Shown here: positions 35,561-45,814 of the stretch, piece by piece
Position numbering within the stretch: the stretch's first letter is position 1
Layout: each line of letters opens with the position of its first letter
Assembly: GCA_964392445.1 (NCBI GenBank)
Contig: CAYMPD010000001.1
Span: 61,030 to 125,029 of the forward strand
Length of the DNA: 64,000 nt
Direction: 5' to 3'
DNA from: an uncultured archaeon
GTDB lineage: Archaea; Aenigmatarchaeota; Aenigmatarchaeia; CG10238-14
Notes under the pieces: model-generated
What the model was told of the DNA's origin: nothing
Database searches by the model: none
Seen by the model: only the letters and a program-made list of their open reading frames with translations
Made by a program: the position numbers and the translations under genes

Positions 35561-36835
35561 CTACTTCTTAACTAAATCAATCACAATTCCAGCAGCAACT
35601 GTCTGTCCCATGTCTCTAATAGCAAACTTTGCTAATTGTGGAATATCTGTTTGTTTCTCTGCTACCATGTCTCTTGTTGGAACAACCCTAATCCTCGCAG
35701 CATCACCTGTTTTCAAGAAATCTGGTTTCTCTTTAACAACCTGACCTGTCTTTGGATCAATCTTTGCAATTATCTCTTCAACCTTACAAGCAACTGAAGC
35801 TGTTCCTAAGTGGAATACGGGTGTATATCCTGCTGTCATAACAGTTGGGTGATTCAAAACAACAATCTGTGCTGTGAATTCCTTTACAACTGTTGGTGGA
35901 TTATCTGGATGTCCTGCTACATCTCCACGTTTAACGTCTTTCTTTCCTAAACCTCTAACATTGAATCCAACATTATCTCCTGGTTTAGCCTCTGGTTGTT
36001 TTTTGTGGAACATTTCTATTGATTTAACTTCACCTTCTTTTCCAGATGGCTGGAATACAACCTTATCTCCAACCTTTAGTACACCTGTCTCTATTCTACC
36101 AACTGGAACTGAACCTACACCTGTAACTGTATAAGCGTCTTGGACTGGTATTCTCAATGGCTTATCAACTGGTAATTCAGGTGGTTCTATTGTACTGTCC
36201 ATTGTATTAATTAAGGTCTCTCCCTCATACCACTTTGTATTCTCTGATTTTTCAAATACATTGTCTCCCTTTAAACCAGAAACTGGTACAAATGGTACCT
36301 TTGAAACATCATATCCTATTGATTTCAATAGTTTTTTTACGTTTGAAACAACTTCCTCATATCTTTTTTGATCATAATTTGCTGCATCCATTTTATTGAT
36401 AGCAACCACTAACTGATTAACTCCCAATACTTTCATTAAGAATGCATGCTCTTTTGTCTGTTCTTGAACACCTTCTCCCGGCTTTGCAGAAACAACAAAT
36501 AGAGAAGCGTCCGCTTGTGATGCCCCAGTAATCATATTTTTAACAAAATCCCTGTGACCAGGACAATCAATTACTGTGTAAAAATATTTTTTTGTTTTAA
36601 ACGGTCTGTGCATAATGTCAATAGTTAGACCTCTTTCTCTCTCTTCCTTTAATTTATCCATTACATAAGCAAATTCCCAAGTTTCTTTCTTATACTCCTT
36701 GGCCAACTGCTCCATCTTTCTCATCTGTTCTGGTTTTATTGCTCCAGAATCAAATAATAATCTCCCAATTAGAGTAGACTTTCCAGCATCTACATGACCA
36801 GCACTTATTATGTTAATTTTTGGTAATTCTGCCAT
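35561..36835 (-). CDS. tuf: Translation elongation factor EF-1alpha
   Basis: GHVDAGKST, RGLTID, DCPGHRDF and NKMD motifs. Confidence 0.98.
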   Translation of the reverse strand: MAELPKINIISAGHVDAGKSTLIGRLLFDSGAIKPEQMRKMEQLAKEYKKETWEFAYVMDKLKEERERGLTIDIMHRPFKTKKYFYTVIDCPGHRDFVKNMITGASQADASLFVVSAKPGEGVQEQTKEHAFLMKVLGVNQLVVAINKMDAANYDQKRYEEVVSNVKKLLKSIGYDVSKVPFVPVSGLKGDNVFEKSENTKWYEGETLINTMDSTIEPPELPVDKPLRIPVQDAYTVTGVGSVPVGRIETGVLKVGDKVVFQPSGKEGEVKSIEMFHKKQPEAKPGDNVGFNVRGLGKKDVKRGDVAGHPDNPPTVVKEFTAQIVVLNHPTVMTAGYTPVFHLGTASVACKVEEIIAKIDPKTGQVVKEKPDFLKTGDAARIRVVPTRDMVAEKQTDIPQLAKFAIRDMGQTVAAGIVIDLVKK

Positions 36836-36883
36836 ACCTACACCTCCTCTTTAAATAATATTTATATTATTCTTATATATTTA

Positions 36884-39073
36884 TTAACTTTCTACCCCTG
36901 GAATTTTTTCACTCAACCCCCTTCTTTTTCTTACTTTTAAAACGGTTTGGTCTTGCAAACTCTTGGGTAGTTTCTCATATATAACATCAATTAAACTATA
37001 AAAACCTTTGCCTCCAGTCGCAGATTTCAATTCTGAGTTAAATCCGAACATTTCTGAAACCGGTAGCTTTGCTTGTATCATAGTCATTCCTCTTTCCTCA
37101 TCCATTCCCAAAACCTGTCCTCTTCTGTTTTGAACCTCTTTTATCGCACCGCCCATATTTTCTGTAGGTACATCTATCCTGATTATTTGTTTAGGTTCAA
37201 GAATACTTGGTTCTCCTAGAAGCATTCCAATCTTAACCCCATGTCTAATTGCGGGTAAAACTTGTCCAGGGCCACGATGAACAGGATCTTCATGTAAACT
37301 AGCGTCAACTAAAGTAGCTTTTACCCCATAACATGGTTCTCTTGCTAAAGGCCCTTCATCCATTATAGATTTGAATCCATCCTTCACCATTTCCATTGCT
37401 TCGTTCAGGTATTGTACACCTTTACATGAATTGAGAAGCATGTTCCTCTCGTAAATTAACTCAAGATTCTTGACATCATCAGCACTCATTCCTAACTCTT
37501 TTAAATCATCTATTAATTCTTGATTTTTCTTTTTCATATCATAGGTTGAGGGTATAGTATCTTCCTTCATTGCCTCATAGTATTGTCTTTCAAGTGGCTC
37601 GATAATAAAGTAGAATCTGTTGTGTTTGTTCGGCGACTTTCCTTCTATCTCAGGTGATTTTTTAACTAGTGTTTCTCTGTAAACAACAATCGGCGGAGAA
37701 GCCCTGAATTCCAAGCCCATTTCTTTTAATTTTCTTTCCACTTTTGCATCAATATGTAATTCTCCTAACCCAGAAACAAGATACTCCCCAGTTTCCTGAT
37801 TAATTTTAACTCTGATAGTCGTATCCTCTCGCCCAAGTTTTTTCAAGAAGTTGATTAGTTTTGTTAGGTCTCTTGGGTTTTTCGGCTCCAAAGCTTTGGT
37901 AACTACAGGCTCAAATATATGTTTGATTTGTTCAAAAGGTTGAATTAGATAATCTGGTTCACAAATAGTTTCGCCAGAAAATGCATCAGGTATACCAACC
38001 AAACCAACAATATTCCCAGCCACGACTTCATCTACTTGTATCCTGTGTGGACCTTTGTAAACACTTACTTGTTGTAATCTACCCGTCTTTCTTTTGCCGA
38101 TCATCTTCACATCAGTTCCTTTGACTACTTTTCCAGAGAATATTCTCGCAGTTGCAATAAAACCAGCATGTGGATCTGGTGTAACCTTGGTAACTACACC
38201 TGCCAAATGTCCATCAACATCAACCTTTTTCATGGATTGACCAATTTCCGAATCCATATCCCCAGACCATATCTTCGGTATCCTGTACTCTTGTGCTTTA
38301 ATCGGTGAAGGAAGATGTTTAATAATCATGTTAAGAACTACCTGGTGTAAAGGTGATTTTTCGGCAAGATCGCTCTGTTTATCTTGTTCCGTCTTTTCAA
38401 TTATCTCAGTGAAAGATATGCCCGTTTTTTCCATGTAAGGAATCGAAGTTCCCCATTTTTCCAGGGCTGAGCCAAAAGCAACTGAGCCATCGGCAACATT
38501 AACTAACCACTTGTCTTTGTATTCCTTTTCAGCATATTTTTGTATTAGAACATTAACATCAGTAATTATTCGTGTGAATTTTTCTTGCATCTGCTCTGGT
38601 GTGAGTTTTAGTTCTTTGATTAGTCTATCAACCTTGTTAATGAATAGAATAGGTTTAACTCTTTCTTTTAAAGCCTGACGTAGGACTGTCTCGGTCTGAG
38701 GCATAGCACCTTCTACAGCGTCAACTAGGAGTATAGCACCATCTACAGCTCTTAGAGCGCGCGTGACATCCCCACCGAAGTCCACATGACCGGGAGTGTC
38801 TATTAGATTGATTAGATAATCGTCCCCGTCCCAATTGTGAACCATACTAGCATTTGCTGACCAGATTGTTATTCCTCTTTCCTGTTCTTGATCATCTGTG
38901 TCCAAAAATCTTCTTTGGCCAGCTACATTAAACGAGATCATTCCCGCTTGTGCTATCAAACTATCAGAAAAGGTTGTTTTCCCATGGTCAATATGGGCGA
39001 TTGTTCCTATATTTCTGATTTTGCCCGGTTTGTACATCAGTTTCTTTACTTTTTCTATCATTTCTTCTGCCAT
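36884..39073 (-). CDS. fusA: Translation elongation factor EF-2
   Basis: AHIDHGKTT, RGITI, DTPGHVDF and NKVD motifs. The diphthamide-loop His is retained (HEDPVHRGPGQ). Confidence 0.98.
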   Translation of the reverse strand: MAEEMIEKVKKLMYKPGKIRNIGTIAHIDHGKTTFSDSLIAQAGMISFNVAGQRRFLDTDDQEQERGITIWSANASMVHNWDGDDYLINLIDTPGHVDFGGDVTRALRAVDGAILLVDAVEGAMPQTETVLRQALKERVKPILFINKVDRLIKELKLTPEQMQEKFTRIITDVNVLIQKYAEKEYKDKWLVNVADGSVAFGSALEKWGTSIPYMEKTGISFTEIIEKTEQDKQSDLAEKSPLHQVVLNMIIKHLPSPIKAQEYRIPKIWSGDMDSEIGQSMKKVDVDGHLAGVVTKVTPDPHAGFIATARIFSGKVVKGTDVKMIGKRKTGRLQQVSVYKGPHRIQVDEVVAGNIVGLVGIPDAFSGETICEPDYLIQPFEQIKHIFEPVVTKALEPKNPRDLTKLINFLKKLGREDTTIRVKINQETGEYLVSGLGELHIDAKVERKLKEMGLEFRASPPIVVYRETLVKKSPEIEGKSPNKHNRFYFIIEPLERQYYEAMKEDTIPSTYDMKKKNQELIDDLKELGMSADDVKNLELIYERNMLLNSCKGVQYLNEAMEMVKDGFKSIMDEGPLAREPCYGVKATLVDASLHEDPVHRGPGQVLPAIRHGVKIGMLLGEPSILEPKQIIRIDVPTENMGGAIKEVQNRRGQVLGMDEERGMTMIQAKLPVSEMFGFNSELKSATGGKGFYSLIDVIYEKLPKSLQDQTVLKVRKRRGLSEKIPGVES

Positions 39074-39075
39074 AA

Positions 39076-39678
39076 TTATCTCGCCCCACTGGCCTCTCTC
39101 TCAATCCTTTCTTTTTCCTTAATCGCAAAAGACTTCGAGGAATCATTTTTATAAGCATGAATTATCTCATCTACCAATGCATCAACCATTGATATTTTAT
39201 TACCAAACGACTTCCTGTAAGACGATTGAACAATTATCGACAAAGCCGAATCAACTCTTCTTTGAGGAGATGTAATAACAGCTTTCCTAACTATCGTCCC
39301 TCCAATCTGATAAGAACTTATCTCCTCCCTCAAAGATGCATTTTCCAAAGCCCCAACTAGAATCTCTATTGGGTTCTTTTTAGTCTTCTTTTCTATTTTT
39401 TCAAAACCTTCTTTTACAATATTAAGAATAGTTTGACTTTTTCCAGTAGTTCTACCTGAAGAAATAAGATGTTTTTTCCCTCTATGACCAGGCACCATCA
39501 ACTTGTTAACAAGTCTTTCTACAATATTCACTCTAGACTTACCAAATTTCTTTTGACTAAACTTCCCACCAGTATTGGGAACAATAACTGGATCAAGATT
39601 AATATAAGGTTTTAATCCAGGATCATTCACCTTAATATCCTCAAAGGACCATCTGTTAAAAAGTTTAATTTCTACCAT
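39076..39678 (-). CDS. rps7: 30S ribosomal protein uS7
   Basis: IVERLVNKLM and SPQRRVDSAL motifs, str-operon position. Confidence 0.95.
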   Translation of the reverse strand: MVEIKLFNRWSFEDIKVNDPGLKPYINLDPVIVPNTGGKFSQKKFGKSRVNIVERLVNKLMVPGHRGKKHLISSGRTTGKSQTILNIVKEGFEKIEKKTKKNPIEILVGALENASLREEISSYQIGGTIVRKAVITSPQRRVDSALSIIVQSSYRKSFGNKISMVDALVDEIIHAYKNDSSKSFAIKEKERIEREASGAR

Positions 39679-39683
39679 AACTA

Positions 39684-40109
39684 TTACCTCACTGGTTTCT
39701 GCTTTTTACCTGCAAGTATTTCTGATAAGGCAACTCCATTCACTTTGACAACTTTGTATTTCAAACCCCACTGACTTCCAACGGGACCACCTTGAGAACC
39801 ACCTACACCCTCTATCAAAACCTCGTCATGTTCAGTTATTTTATCAATCGCATGGTCACCTGGAACAAAGGCTGTAACCCTAATATTGTTCTTAACTAAT
39901 TGTACTCTGACGGTTTTAATCAAACCAGAGTGAGGCTGTTTTTGCTCGCAAGATCTTTTATCAATAACTATTCCTCTAGCTTGGGGAGCACCTTCTAACG
40001 GCTCTTTCTTTTTGAGATTGAGTTGTCTACGCATGTATTTATTATCCTTCCATTTGAATTTCTTTCTATCTTTCTTAAGTTTTCTCGCGGCAAATTCTCC
40101 TCTAGCCAT
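39684..40109 (-). CDS. rps12: 30S ribosomal protein uS12 (divergent)
   Basis: KQP.S, VRVQL, AFVPGD and EHDEVLIEG motifs, operon position. Confidence 0.95.
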   Translation of the reverse strand: MARGEFAARKLKKDRKKFKWKDNKYMRRQLNLKKKEPLEGAPQARGIVIDKRSCEQKQPHSGLIKTVRVQLVKNNIRVTAFVPGDHAIDKITEHDEVLIEGVGGSQGGPVGSQWGLKYKVVKVNGVALSEILAGKKQKPVR

Positions 40110-40525
40110 TATTTCACCCTCAAATCTGATACATTATGGACTCTCTTTAATATTTCCCTATATATTTTTATTTTTTCCCCCCCACGCCCAATCACATAAC
40201 CTTTATCGGATTTATCAACTTTTATCTCTATCTCAACCGAATCAGTATTATTGATCACAGTTACTTCCTTTGCTTGAGGGATTAAATTTTTAACGAATTC
40301 AACAAGATTAGGCGAGTATTCGAAGACTTTAACATTCTTTTCAATAGATTTTTCAACGTTTTTGATAGAACTTCCGCCCCTACCTATAGCCAACCCAATC
40401 TTCCCTTCTTCTACTATAAAATAAACGTCATCTTCATCAACAAAACAGTCTTTTACATGAACTTTTGTTATATTTTCAAATAAGTTCAGTAGTCTTATAG
40501 TCTCCATATTAAGTACAATTGTCAT
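40109..40525 (-). CDS. nusA: Archaeal NusA-like transcription factor (KH domains)
   Basis: GLAIGRGGS and [10 protein letters not shown] motifs, operon position. Confidence 0.92.
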   Translation of the reverse strand: MTIVLNMETIRLLNLFENITKVHVKDCFVDEDDVYFIVEEGKIGLAIGRGGSSIKNVEKSIEKNVKVFEYSPNLVEFVKNLIPQAKEVTVINNTDSVEIEIKVDKSDKGYVIGRGGEKIKIYREILKRVHNVSDLRVK

Positions 40526-40794
40526 TTTTTACTCCCTTTTATTGCTAGCACGCTTACTGAAAATGGTTTACCGCAAACCAAACCCAATTCCAAGTTATCT
40601 TTGGGGTATTCTTTTACGATTATTTTTGAAATTTTTGAATTGTGAAGTATATTTTCCAATTTATCTCTTGGTAAATTATTTGAATGAACTACAAGTTTTG
40701 GTTTTCCAGTTTTAATTTCCTTTATTACACTTTTATAACCGAATATTATTCTTTTCTCCTTAACTGCGTCTTTTATAGTTTTATTCAAATCCAT
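40522..40794 (-). CDS. rpl30e: 50S ribosomal protein eL30
   Basis: ELGLVCGKPFSVSVLAI motif. Confidence 0.93.
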   Translation of the reverse strand: MDLNKTIKDAVKEKRIIFGYKSVIKEIKTGKPKLVVHSNNLPRDKLENILHNSKISKIIVKEYPKDNLELGLVCGKPFSVSVLAIKGSKK

Positions 40795-43361
40795 TAATCT
40801 TCACCCATCCTTGCAACCAGATCAAATATTCCGGTACCCACGGGAACTTGCTGATTTATCATAACATTTTCAAATAAACCTGAGAAATCGTCAACTTCAC
40901 TTCTAACCGAGGCCTTAATTAGGTGTTTTACTGTCTCTTCGAAACCCGCCCTTGTAAGTACAGAAGATTTCATTCCAGCAACACCATACCTTCCTATCGC
41001 CTCTAACTCCCCTGTGAACACCATTATATCCGTCAAAATCATTACATGTCTATCATCTACATTCAAACCCTGTTGAGACATCGTAGATTTTGTTTCCTCT
41101 ATCAAAGCTCTTCTAGTAGCCTCTATACCCAGAACTTCTTGAACCTCGTAGAAATTATTAGTATGACATCTCTTTGAGTCAACTTCTTCCATTTTAAGCA
41201 CTTCGGAGTAATTAGATCCGAATGTTCTTATAACCCAGTCATCACCTTCCCTTAGAACAACCGCATTTGAAACTCCCTTAAGACCAAGTACGTTAATATT
41301 AAGTAATCTTTTTTTCAATTTCCTAAGATATTTAGTACTCAATTCCTTGTCCTCATCCTTGGATTCGATTGTTACCCTGCTCTGCCTGACTGTAACCTTA
41401 TTTCTTCTAAACTTCTTATTTATTAATTTAACTATCTCTTCCCTCTCTGACTTTTTAGTATCCTTAAGCTTAGCTCTGATTCTTTTATCAGTTAAATCCA
41501 ATGAAACAGAATCTAGATATGATTTCATCTTTTTCTCTTTTATTTTATTAGCAAATCTCTCAGCTTTCTTTTGGGTATTGTATTTTCCCCTAAGATAAAC
41601 AGTCATAGTTGGTGTTCTTGGCTCTTTTCTAGCATCGAATATTTCTATCAAACGAGGTAAACCAAGTGTAACCTGAAGACCAGCAGAACCCGCAAAGTGG
41701 TAAGTTCTCATTGTATTGTGTGTAACTATTCCATCAAAAGTTGTGAATGTCTCTAAGCCGTCAACAGAAAGATCGTAAACATATTCTTTTGTCGGTTTTA
41801 CATAAGAAATTTCAACTATCTCGTCCCAGACAACATCCGAGTTAAACATCCTCTTCATGATTTCAAGTTCTTCGTCTATATCCACATTCTTTTCTTTAGC
41901 AAGTCTCTCAAAAAGGTTTATGTATCTGTAAAGTGTGGTTCTTCCTATCTTTTGTCTTTTAGTAAAGTTGTTAACATATCTTGTTGGATAGTTCAGTTTT
42001 TTTGCTGTTCGATGAAATAAATCACCAAATCCAGATATCATATCTGTGAAATCTTGAGAACTATTATCCCAAAACTTTTCTGCCATTTCAGAGAGCTTTA
42101 CCAATCTCTTTCTCTTTTTCTCTATATCAGATCCTATCCTTGACAAGAATATGGGTGCATATTTGTAAGGAATAAGGAGGTAGTATTGTTTTTCATCTTT
42201 ATTTTTACTGGCAAATATACCAAACCTAGTAAGTAAAAGTTTAATGCCATCTATTAGTTCTTCGGAATTAGAATGTACCCTTATCATTTTTCTACTAACA
42301 CTCACACTACCATCTCCATCAAAGTATCCCCTTAAAAGGCCAGAAACAAAATTTTCTTTCGCACTGTAAGCAAATTCTGGAACTCTTTTATTATAAGATC
42401 CCTTACCACAAGTATTCTCAATAAAGCGAGAAAATACACATGAATTTATCTCAAAATCTCTTGATGGTCCAAAAGCTCCTCGATATTCTCTGGTTTTAAA
42501 ATCTACGTTTAACATTTGAGCGAAATTTTTGAAATTGGTTGAAAATCCCTTACTTATATTGGTAATTCTAATTTGACTATTCAAACAGCTGCCTTCAGAA
42601 AGATAAGCACCACTAAACCAACCAAATATTGAATTTAAAGGTATTTTCTCAGGAATTTTATTTATATCGTGAGTAGAAGAGAAAATCTGTCTATCTTTAA
42701 CAAAGTATCTATCGGAAGGAACGTAATCTAACATGTTCAGATGTCCATTGCAATTTTCTGGTAAATACTTCATCACTGGAATCCTATCACTGATACTTAG
42801 CTTTTTACCCGCTATTGGAATTACTTTATTGTTTTTTCTGATTAAGAACGAGTGATGATCTGTTGCGGTAATTATTCTCCCAGATTTTGTTTTTATTTTC
42901 ATTAGTTTTTCATTAGTTTTATGTCTGATGCAAGAAGATATTCTCTTCCATTTAATTTTTTCATCTTGATCTAAACTTAAAGTGAAAACATCCACGCCTT
43001 CAGGTAAATCGCAAATCTCATGTCCTTTTTCTCTTTCGAAGTTATAACTGTCTAGCATTTCATCCACAAATTCCCCAATTTTAAGGATTCTTATGTTATC
43101 GTCCATTTTTAGAATAAGTCTTTCATTATAATCGGTCGACATCTGAGTAGCTGGTTCAGAGAGTGATTGAGCAGAAATTATGCCTATAGCCTCACCAGGT
43201 TCAAATGAACTCTTAAGGTATCTTTTTTTAACTTCTTCTATCAATTTATTTCTCTTATAAGAACTAAATTTCTCCTTCTTGCAAAGGCTCTCTATTTGAT
43301 CCATTATTTCCATTGGTAATTCTAACTCATCTAAATATTTGGTCTGAGATTTTTTTGACAT
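40794..43361 (-). CDS. rpoA2: RNA polymerase subunit A'' (Rpo1C) containing an intein
   Basis: PGEAIGIISAQSLSEPATQM / TMRTYHFAG and VTLGLPRLIEI motifs. 855 aa minus the 475-aa intein leaves 380 aa. Confidence 0.96.
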   Translation of the reverse strand: MSKKSQTKYLDELELPMEIMDQIESLCKKEKFSSYKRNKLIEEVKKRYLKSSFEPGEAIGIISAQSLSEPATQMSTDYNERLILKMDDNIRILKIGEFVDEMLDSYNFEREKGHEICDLPEGVDVFTLSLDQDEKIKWKRISSCIRHKTNEKLMKIKTKSGRIITATDHHSFLIRKNNKVIPIAGKKLSISDRIPVMKYLPENCNGHLNMLDYVPSDRYFVKDRQIFSSTHDINKIPEKIPLNSIFGWFSGAYLSEGSCLNSQIRITNISKGFSTNFKNFAQMLNVDFKTREYRGAFGPSRDFEINSCVFSRFIENTCGKGSYNKRVPEFAYSAKENFVSGLLRGYFDGDGSVSVSRKMIRVHSNSEELIDGIKLLLTRFGIFASKNKDEKQYYLLIPYKYAPIFLSRIGSDIEKKRKRLVKLSEMAEKFWDNSSQDFTDMISGFGDLFHRTAKKLNYPTRYVNNFTKRQKIGRTTLYRYINLFERLAKEKNVDIDEELEIMKRMFNSDVVWDEIVEISYVKPTKEYVYDLSVDGLETFTTFDGIVTHNTMRTYHFAGSAGLQVTLGLPRLIEIFDARKEPRTPTMTVYLRGKYNTQKKAERFANKIKEKKMKSYLDSVSLDLTDKRIRAKLKDTKKSEREEIVKLINKKFRRNKVTVRQSRVTIESKDEDKELSTKYLRKLKKRLLNINVLGLKGVSNAVVLREGDDWVIRTFGSNYSEVLKMEEVDSKRCHTNNFYEVQEVLGIEATRRALIEETKSTMSQQGLNVDDRHVMILTDIMVFTGELEAIGRYGVAGMKSSVLTRAGFEETVKHLIKASVRSEVDDFSGLFENVMINQQVPVGTGIFDLVARMGED
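41715..43139 (-). mobile_element. Intein (475 aa) with LAGLIDADG homing endonuclease in RpoA''
   Basis: Starts with Ser (STDYNERL), has block B TATDHHSF, LAGLIDADG blocks GAYLSEG and LRGYFDGDG, and ends VTHN before a +1 Thr. Confidence 0.95.
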
Positions 43362-45810
43362 CTATTCCACCTTTTTGTATTTTTGATGGATCTAAACCAT
43401 CTTCTCCTGGGACAAATTGGACTATATTATTGCTACTGTCCCGAACGGTTTTATCATAAGTAACCTTCAAGTCTTTCAAAGCCGCGATTAATCTTCTTTC
43501 CAAATAACCACTATGCCTGGTTTTCAAAGATTTATCCATCAGCCCCTCTCTACCATTCATAGCATCAAAGAAGAATTCAAATGGACTAAGTCCTTGTTTG
43601 TAACCATTACTAACAAATCCCTTTGATTCTATAGATTTATCACCTCTTTTGAAATGTGAGAATGTTCTATTATAGAAACCTATGTTAATTCTTTGACCCT
43701 TCACTGTTTCTTGACCTATCATTGCTGATGACTGGACTATATTCACTAAACTTCCTCTAGCCCCACTTTTAGCCATGATATTGATATTATTTTCCGGCAT
43801 ATCTTCTTTGACGATTTGGGTAACTTCATTTAACATATCAGCAAGTTCTTTTTGTATTAACGTCTCTAATGTTTCTTCTGATGTTTTACCTATTATCAAA
43901 TCGACCTTACCATCTTTAAAGTTCTTAATTATTTTATCGGTTTTAGACTTAACTTTATCTAATAATTTACCCACTTTCTCACGCGCCTTATCACTTAAAT
44001 CGGTGTCTGAAATGGAAAGACTAAATCCGTATAAAGATAAAATTTCAATTGAAAGTTTTGACATGTTAAACAGGAATTCCTTAGCATAAACATGCCCATA
44101 CTCCTTATCGATGTAATCAAGTATCTTACCCTTAAAAGCCGCAAGTCCTCTTTCATCTATTGTACCTTTAACCAACTGACCATCTTTAATTACTACTTCA
44201 TCGCTCTTACCCTTATACTCGAAATTAAGATCATCAGGTAAAAATAAGGAAAATATTTCTTTTCCCGATAATGTTTTTTTGTTAGGAATTTCTATGTCAG
44301 GATCACATGCTCTTACTATATTTACAACATCTTTACGTTTGAATTTTTTATCCCCATTGGTCAAAATATAAAATCCTGTTATATAATCATTTACAACCCC
44401 TATTATTGGTCCACTAAATCTAGGACTTCTGATTTGAGTGGTAACTGAAGCTAGAAGCTCGGTCTCGGTTTGCGACTCTTTGGTCTGAGGGACATGTATA
44501 TTCATCTCATCCCCATCAAAATCTGCGTTATAAGGAGGACAAACAACTGGATTTAGTCTGAAAGTCTTGTAAGGCATTACTCTCACTCTATGACCCATCA
44601 TACTCATTCTGTGAAGTGAGGGTTGTCTGTTGAAAATTACCCAATCACCATCACTTAGTTGTTTTTCTACAGTATATCCGGGTTCAAGTTCTTCTGCTAT
44701 CTCTTTTTTATTGATTTCCGATAGTTTCTTTCTTCTACCATCAGGTCTTATTATGTAATTAATAGTTGGCCAATTAGGATAATTCTCTACTAACTCTTTT
44801 AGATATTCTGAATTCCTCTCTTCCACGACAAGAGGTATTGTTAGTTCCCTTGCAATCTCTAGAGGAACACCAATCTCATCTATATCTAACATAGGATCTG
44901 GGCTAATTACGGTTCTTGCAGAAAAGTCCACTCTTTTCCCAATTAAATTGTGTCTAAATCTACCTTCCTTCGATTTTAATCTTTGTGTTAAAGTTTTCAA
45001 TACTCTCCCTGATCGATGCCTAGCTGGAGGGACACCAGAAATTCCATTGTCTATGTAAGTCGCTACATGATACTGTAAAAGTTCCCATAGGTCTTTGATT
45101 ATAAAATCAGGCGCTCCTAAGTCTATATTCTCCCTTAATCTTTTGTTTATCCTTACTATATCCACCAATTTATGAGTTAGATCGTCCTCAGATCTCTCAC
45201 CTGATTCTAATGTAATAGAAGGTCTCATGGTCACAGGAGGTACTGGAAATAAACTTATTATGAAGTGTTCGGGTCTAGTATTTCTTATCCCCATATAAGC
45301 CAAATCTTCATCCGATATATTTTCTAATCTTTTTCTAACTTCTGTCTGGGTTAGTGTTTTTCCACCTTCGAGATGAGTTGTTGGTTTAATGAACTTGATT
45401 TTCTTTTGTTTTTCATTACAATATGGACAGGTTGTTTTGGAAAGTCTTCTCAATTTTCTCAAGGATTTTTTACTTTTTCTAAATTTATCTAACCTCTCTT
45501 CAGTAACAAGTATCCTATTACACTTCCTACAAGTTAACCTAAGGATATTGTATATTAGTTTAGCATAATTAACATTCACCACTGGTCTCGTGAGCTCCAA
45601 ATAACCAAAGTGACCCGTACATTCACCAACTGAACCCCCACATCTTCTACATCTCAGCCCAGGATCAATTGTTCCTAGTCTTGGATCCATCAAACCTCCT
45701 TCAACTGGATACCCTTCCTGATCATACAAATCAGTCTTACTTATTCTAGCTGCTGCCATTTTCTTGATAACTTCTGGCTTCATAACCCCGAAAACTATTT
45801 TATCTATCAT
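43327..45810 (-). CDS. rpoA1: RNA polymerase subunit A' (Rpo1N)
   Basis: GHFGYLEL, GKRVDFSARTVI, NRQPSLH and catalytic YNADFDGDEMN motifs. Confidence 0.98.
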   Translation of the reverse strand: MIDKIVFGVMKPEVIKKMAAARISKTDLYDQEGYPVEGGLMDPRLGTIDPGLRCRRCGGSVGECTGHFGYLELTRPVVNVNYAKLIYNILRLTCRKCNRILVTEERLDKFRKSKKSLRKLRRLSKTTCPYCNEKQKKIKFIKPTTHLEGGKTLTQTEVRKRLENISDEDLAYMGIRNTRPEHFIISLFPVPPVTMRPSITLESGERSEDDLTHKLVDIVRINKRLRENIDLGAPDFIIKDLWELLQYHVATYIDNGISGVPPARHRSGRVLKTLTQRLKSKEGRFRHNLIGKRVDFSARTVISPDPMLDIDEIGVPLEIARELTIPLVVEERNSEYLKELVENYPNWPTINYIIRPDGRRKKLSEINKKEIAEELEPGYTVEKQLSDGDWVIFNRQPSLHRMSMMGHRVRVMPYKTFRLNPVVCPPYNADFDGDEMNIHVPQTKESQTETELLASVTTQIRSPRFSGPIIGVVNDYITGFYILTNGDKKFKRKDVVNIVRACDPDIEIPNKKTLSGKEIFSLFLPDDLNFEYKGKSDEVVIKDGQLVKGTIDERGLAAFKGKILDYIDKEYGHVYAKEFLFNMSKLSIEILSLYGFSLSISDTDLSDKAREKVGKLLDKVKSKTDKIIKNFKDGKVDLIIGKTSEETLETLIQKELADMLNEVTQIVKEDMPENNINIMAKSGARGSLVNIVQSSAMIGQETVKGQRINIGFYNRTFSHFKRGDKSIESKGFVSNGYKQGLSPFEFFFDAMNGREGLMDKSLKTRHSGYLERRLIAALKDLKVTYDKTVRDSSNNIVQFVPGEDGLDPSKIQKGGIDVKKISDQIFR

Positions 45811-45814
45811 TATC

